Shown piece by piece: positions 63,817 through 64,000 of a DNA stretch of 64,000 nucleotides (position 1 is the stretch's first letter; every line of letters begins with the position of its first letter). Origin of the DNA: Strigamia acuminata (Eukaryota); assembly GCA_949358305.1 (NCBI GenBank), contig OX442314.1, forward strand, positions 22,816,001 to 22,880,000, given 5' to 3'. The notes beneath the pieces were generated by a model that worked only from the letters and a program-made list of their open reading frames with translations, searched no databases and was not told the DNA's origin. Position numbers and translations under genes: made by a program.

Positions 63817-64000
63817 ATGTGCATTTAATTAATATTATCGCATTGGCTTTTACAATTTTTCTTGTTATTTTATTAGTAGCTTCTTATTGGTAATACTGTT
63901 GGTACTGCGGGCAAGGAGGAGTTGAATAGTCAGGAAAGTTTGCACTTGATGCACTATATCCTGAGCAGTTTGAATAACTGGAATTAAGATTGTTGGCGAG
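63817..64000 (+). pseudogene. Probable disrupted paralog of the 63021-63389 prepropeptide gene, truncated by the window edge
   Basis: ATG[TG]CAT start, then HLINIIALAFTIFL vs HSAIATVLIFTIFL, GKEELNSQE vs PQEDLDSQD, and ELRLLA vs EGRLVA, in colinear order but with frameshifts and stops. Confidence 0.55.

Overview
AT-rich animal genomic DNA with spliceosomal introns, probably from an arthropod (inferred from style; no search run). There are no prokaryotic features, rRNA, CRISPR or convincing tRNA/miRNA. The window holds four intact protein-coding genes and one likely pseudogene. (1) A large + strand C2H2 zinc-finger gene (model 34346-34380 + 35468-39623, 1396 aa, 15 fingers, NuRD-type RRKQSNP and CtBP PxDL motifs), set in a non-coding regulatory landscape of about 40 kb with RFX X-boxes and ETS sites, bracketed by two CTCF-like motif clusters. 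(2) A 3-exon NIM1K-like AMPK-family kinase on the - strand, ending in CaaX. (3) A secreted Gly/His/Tyr-rich protein. (4) A small secreted prepropeptide whose predicted mature part is an anionic 3x11-residue Leu/Gly amphipathic peptide. A disrupted head-to-head paralog of (4) runs off the right edge. Several MITEs, a tandem duplication, a (TA)32 microsatellite and a decayed coding-type minisatellite are also visible. The most novel candidates are the secreted-peptide cluster at 61-64 kb and the architecture and regulation of the zinc-finger locus.
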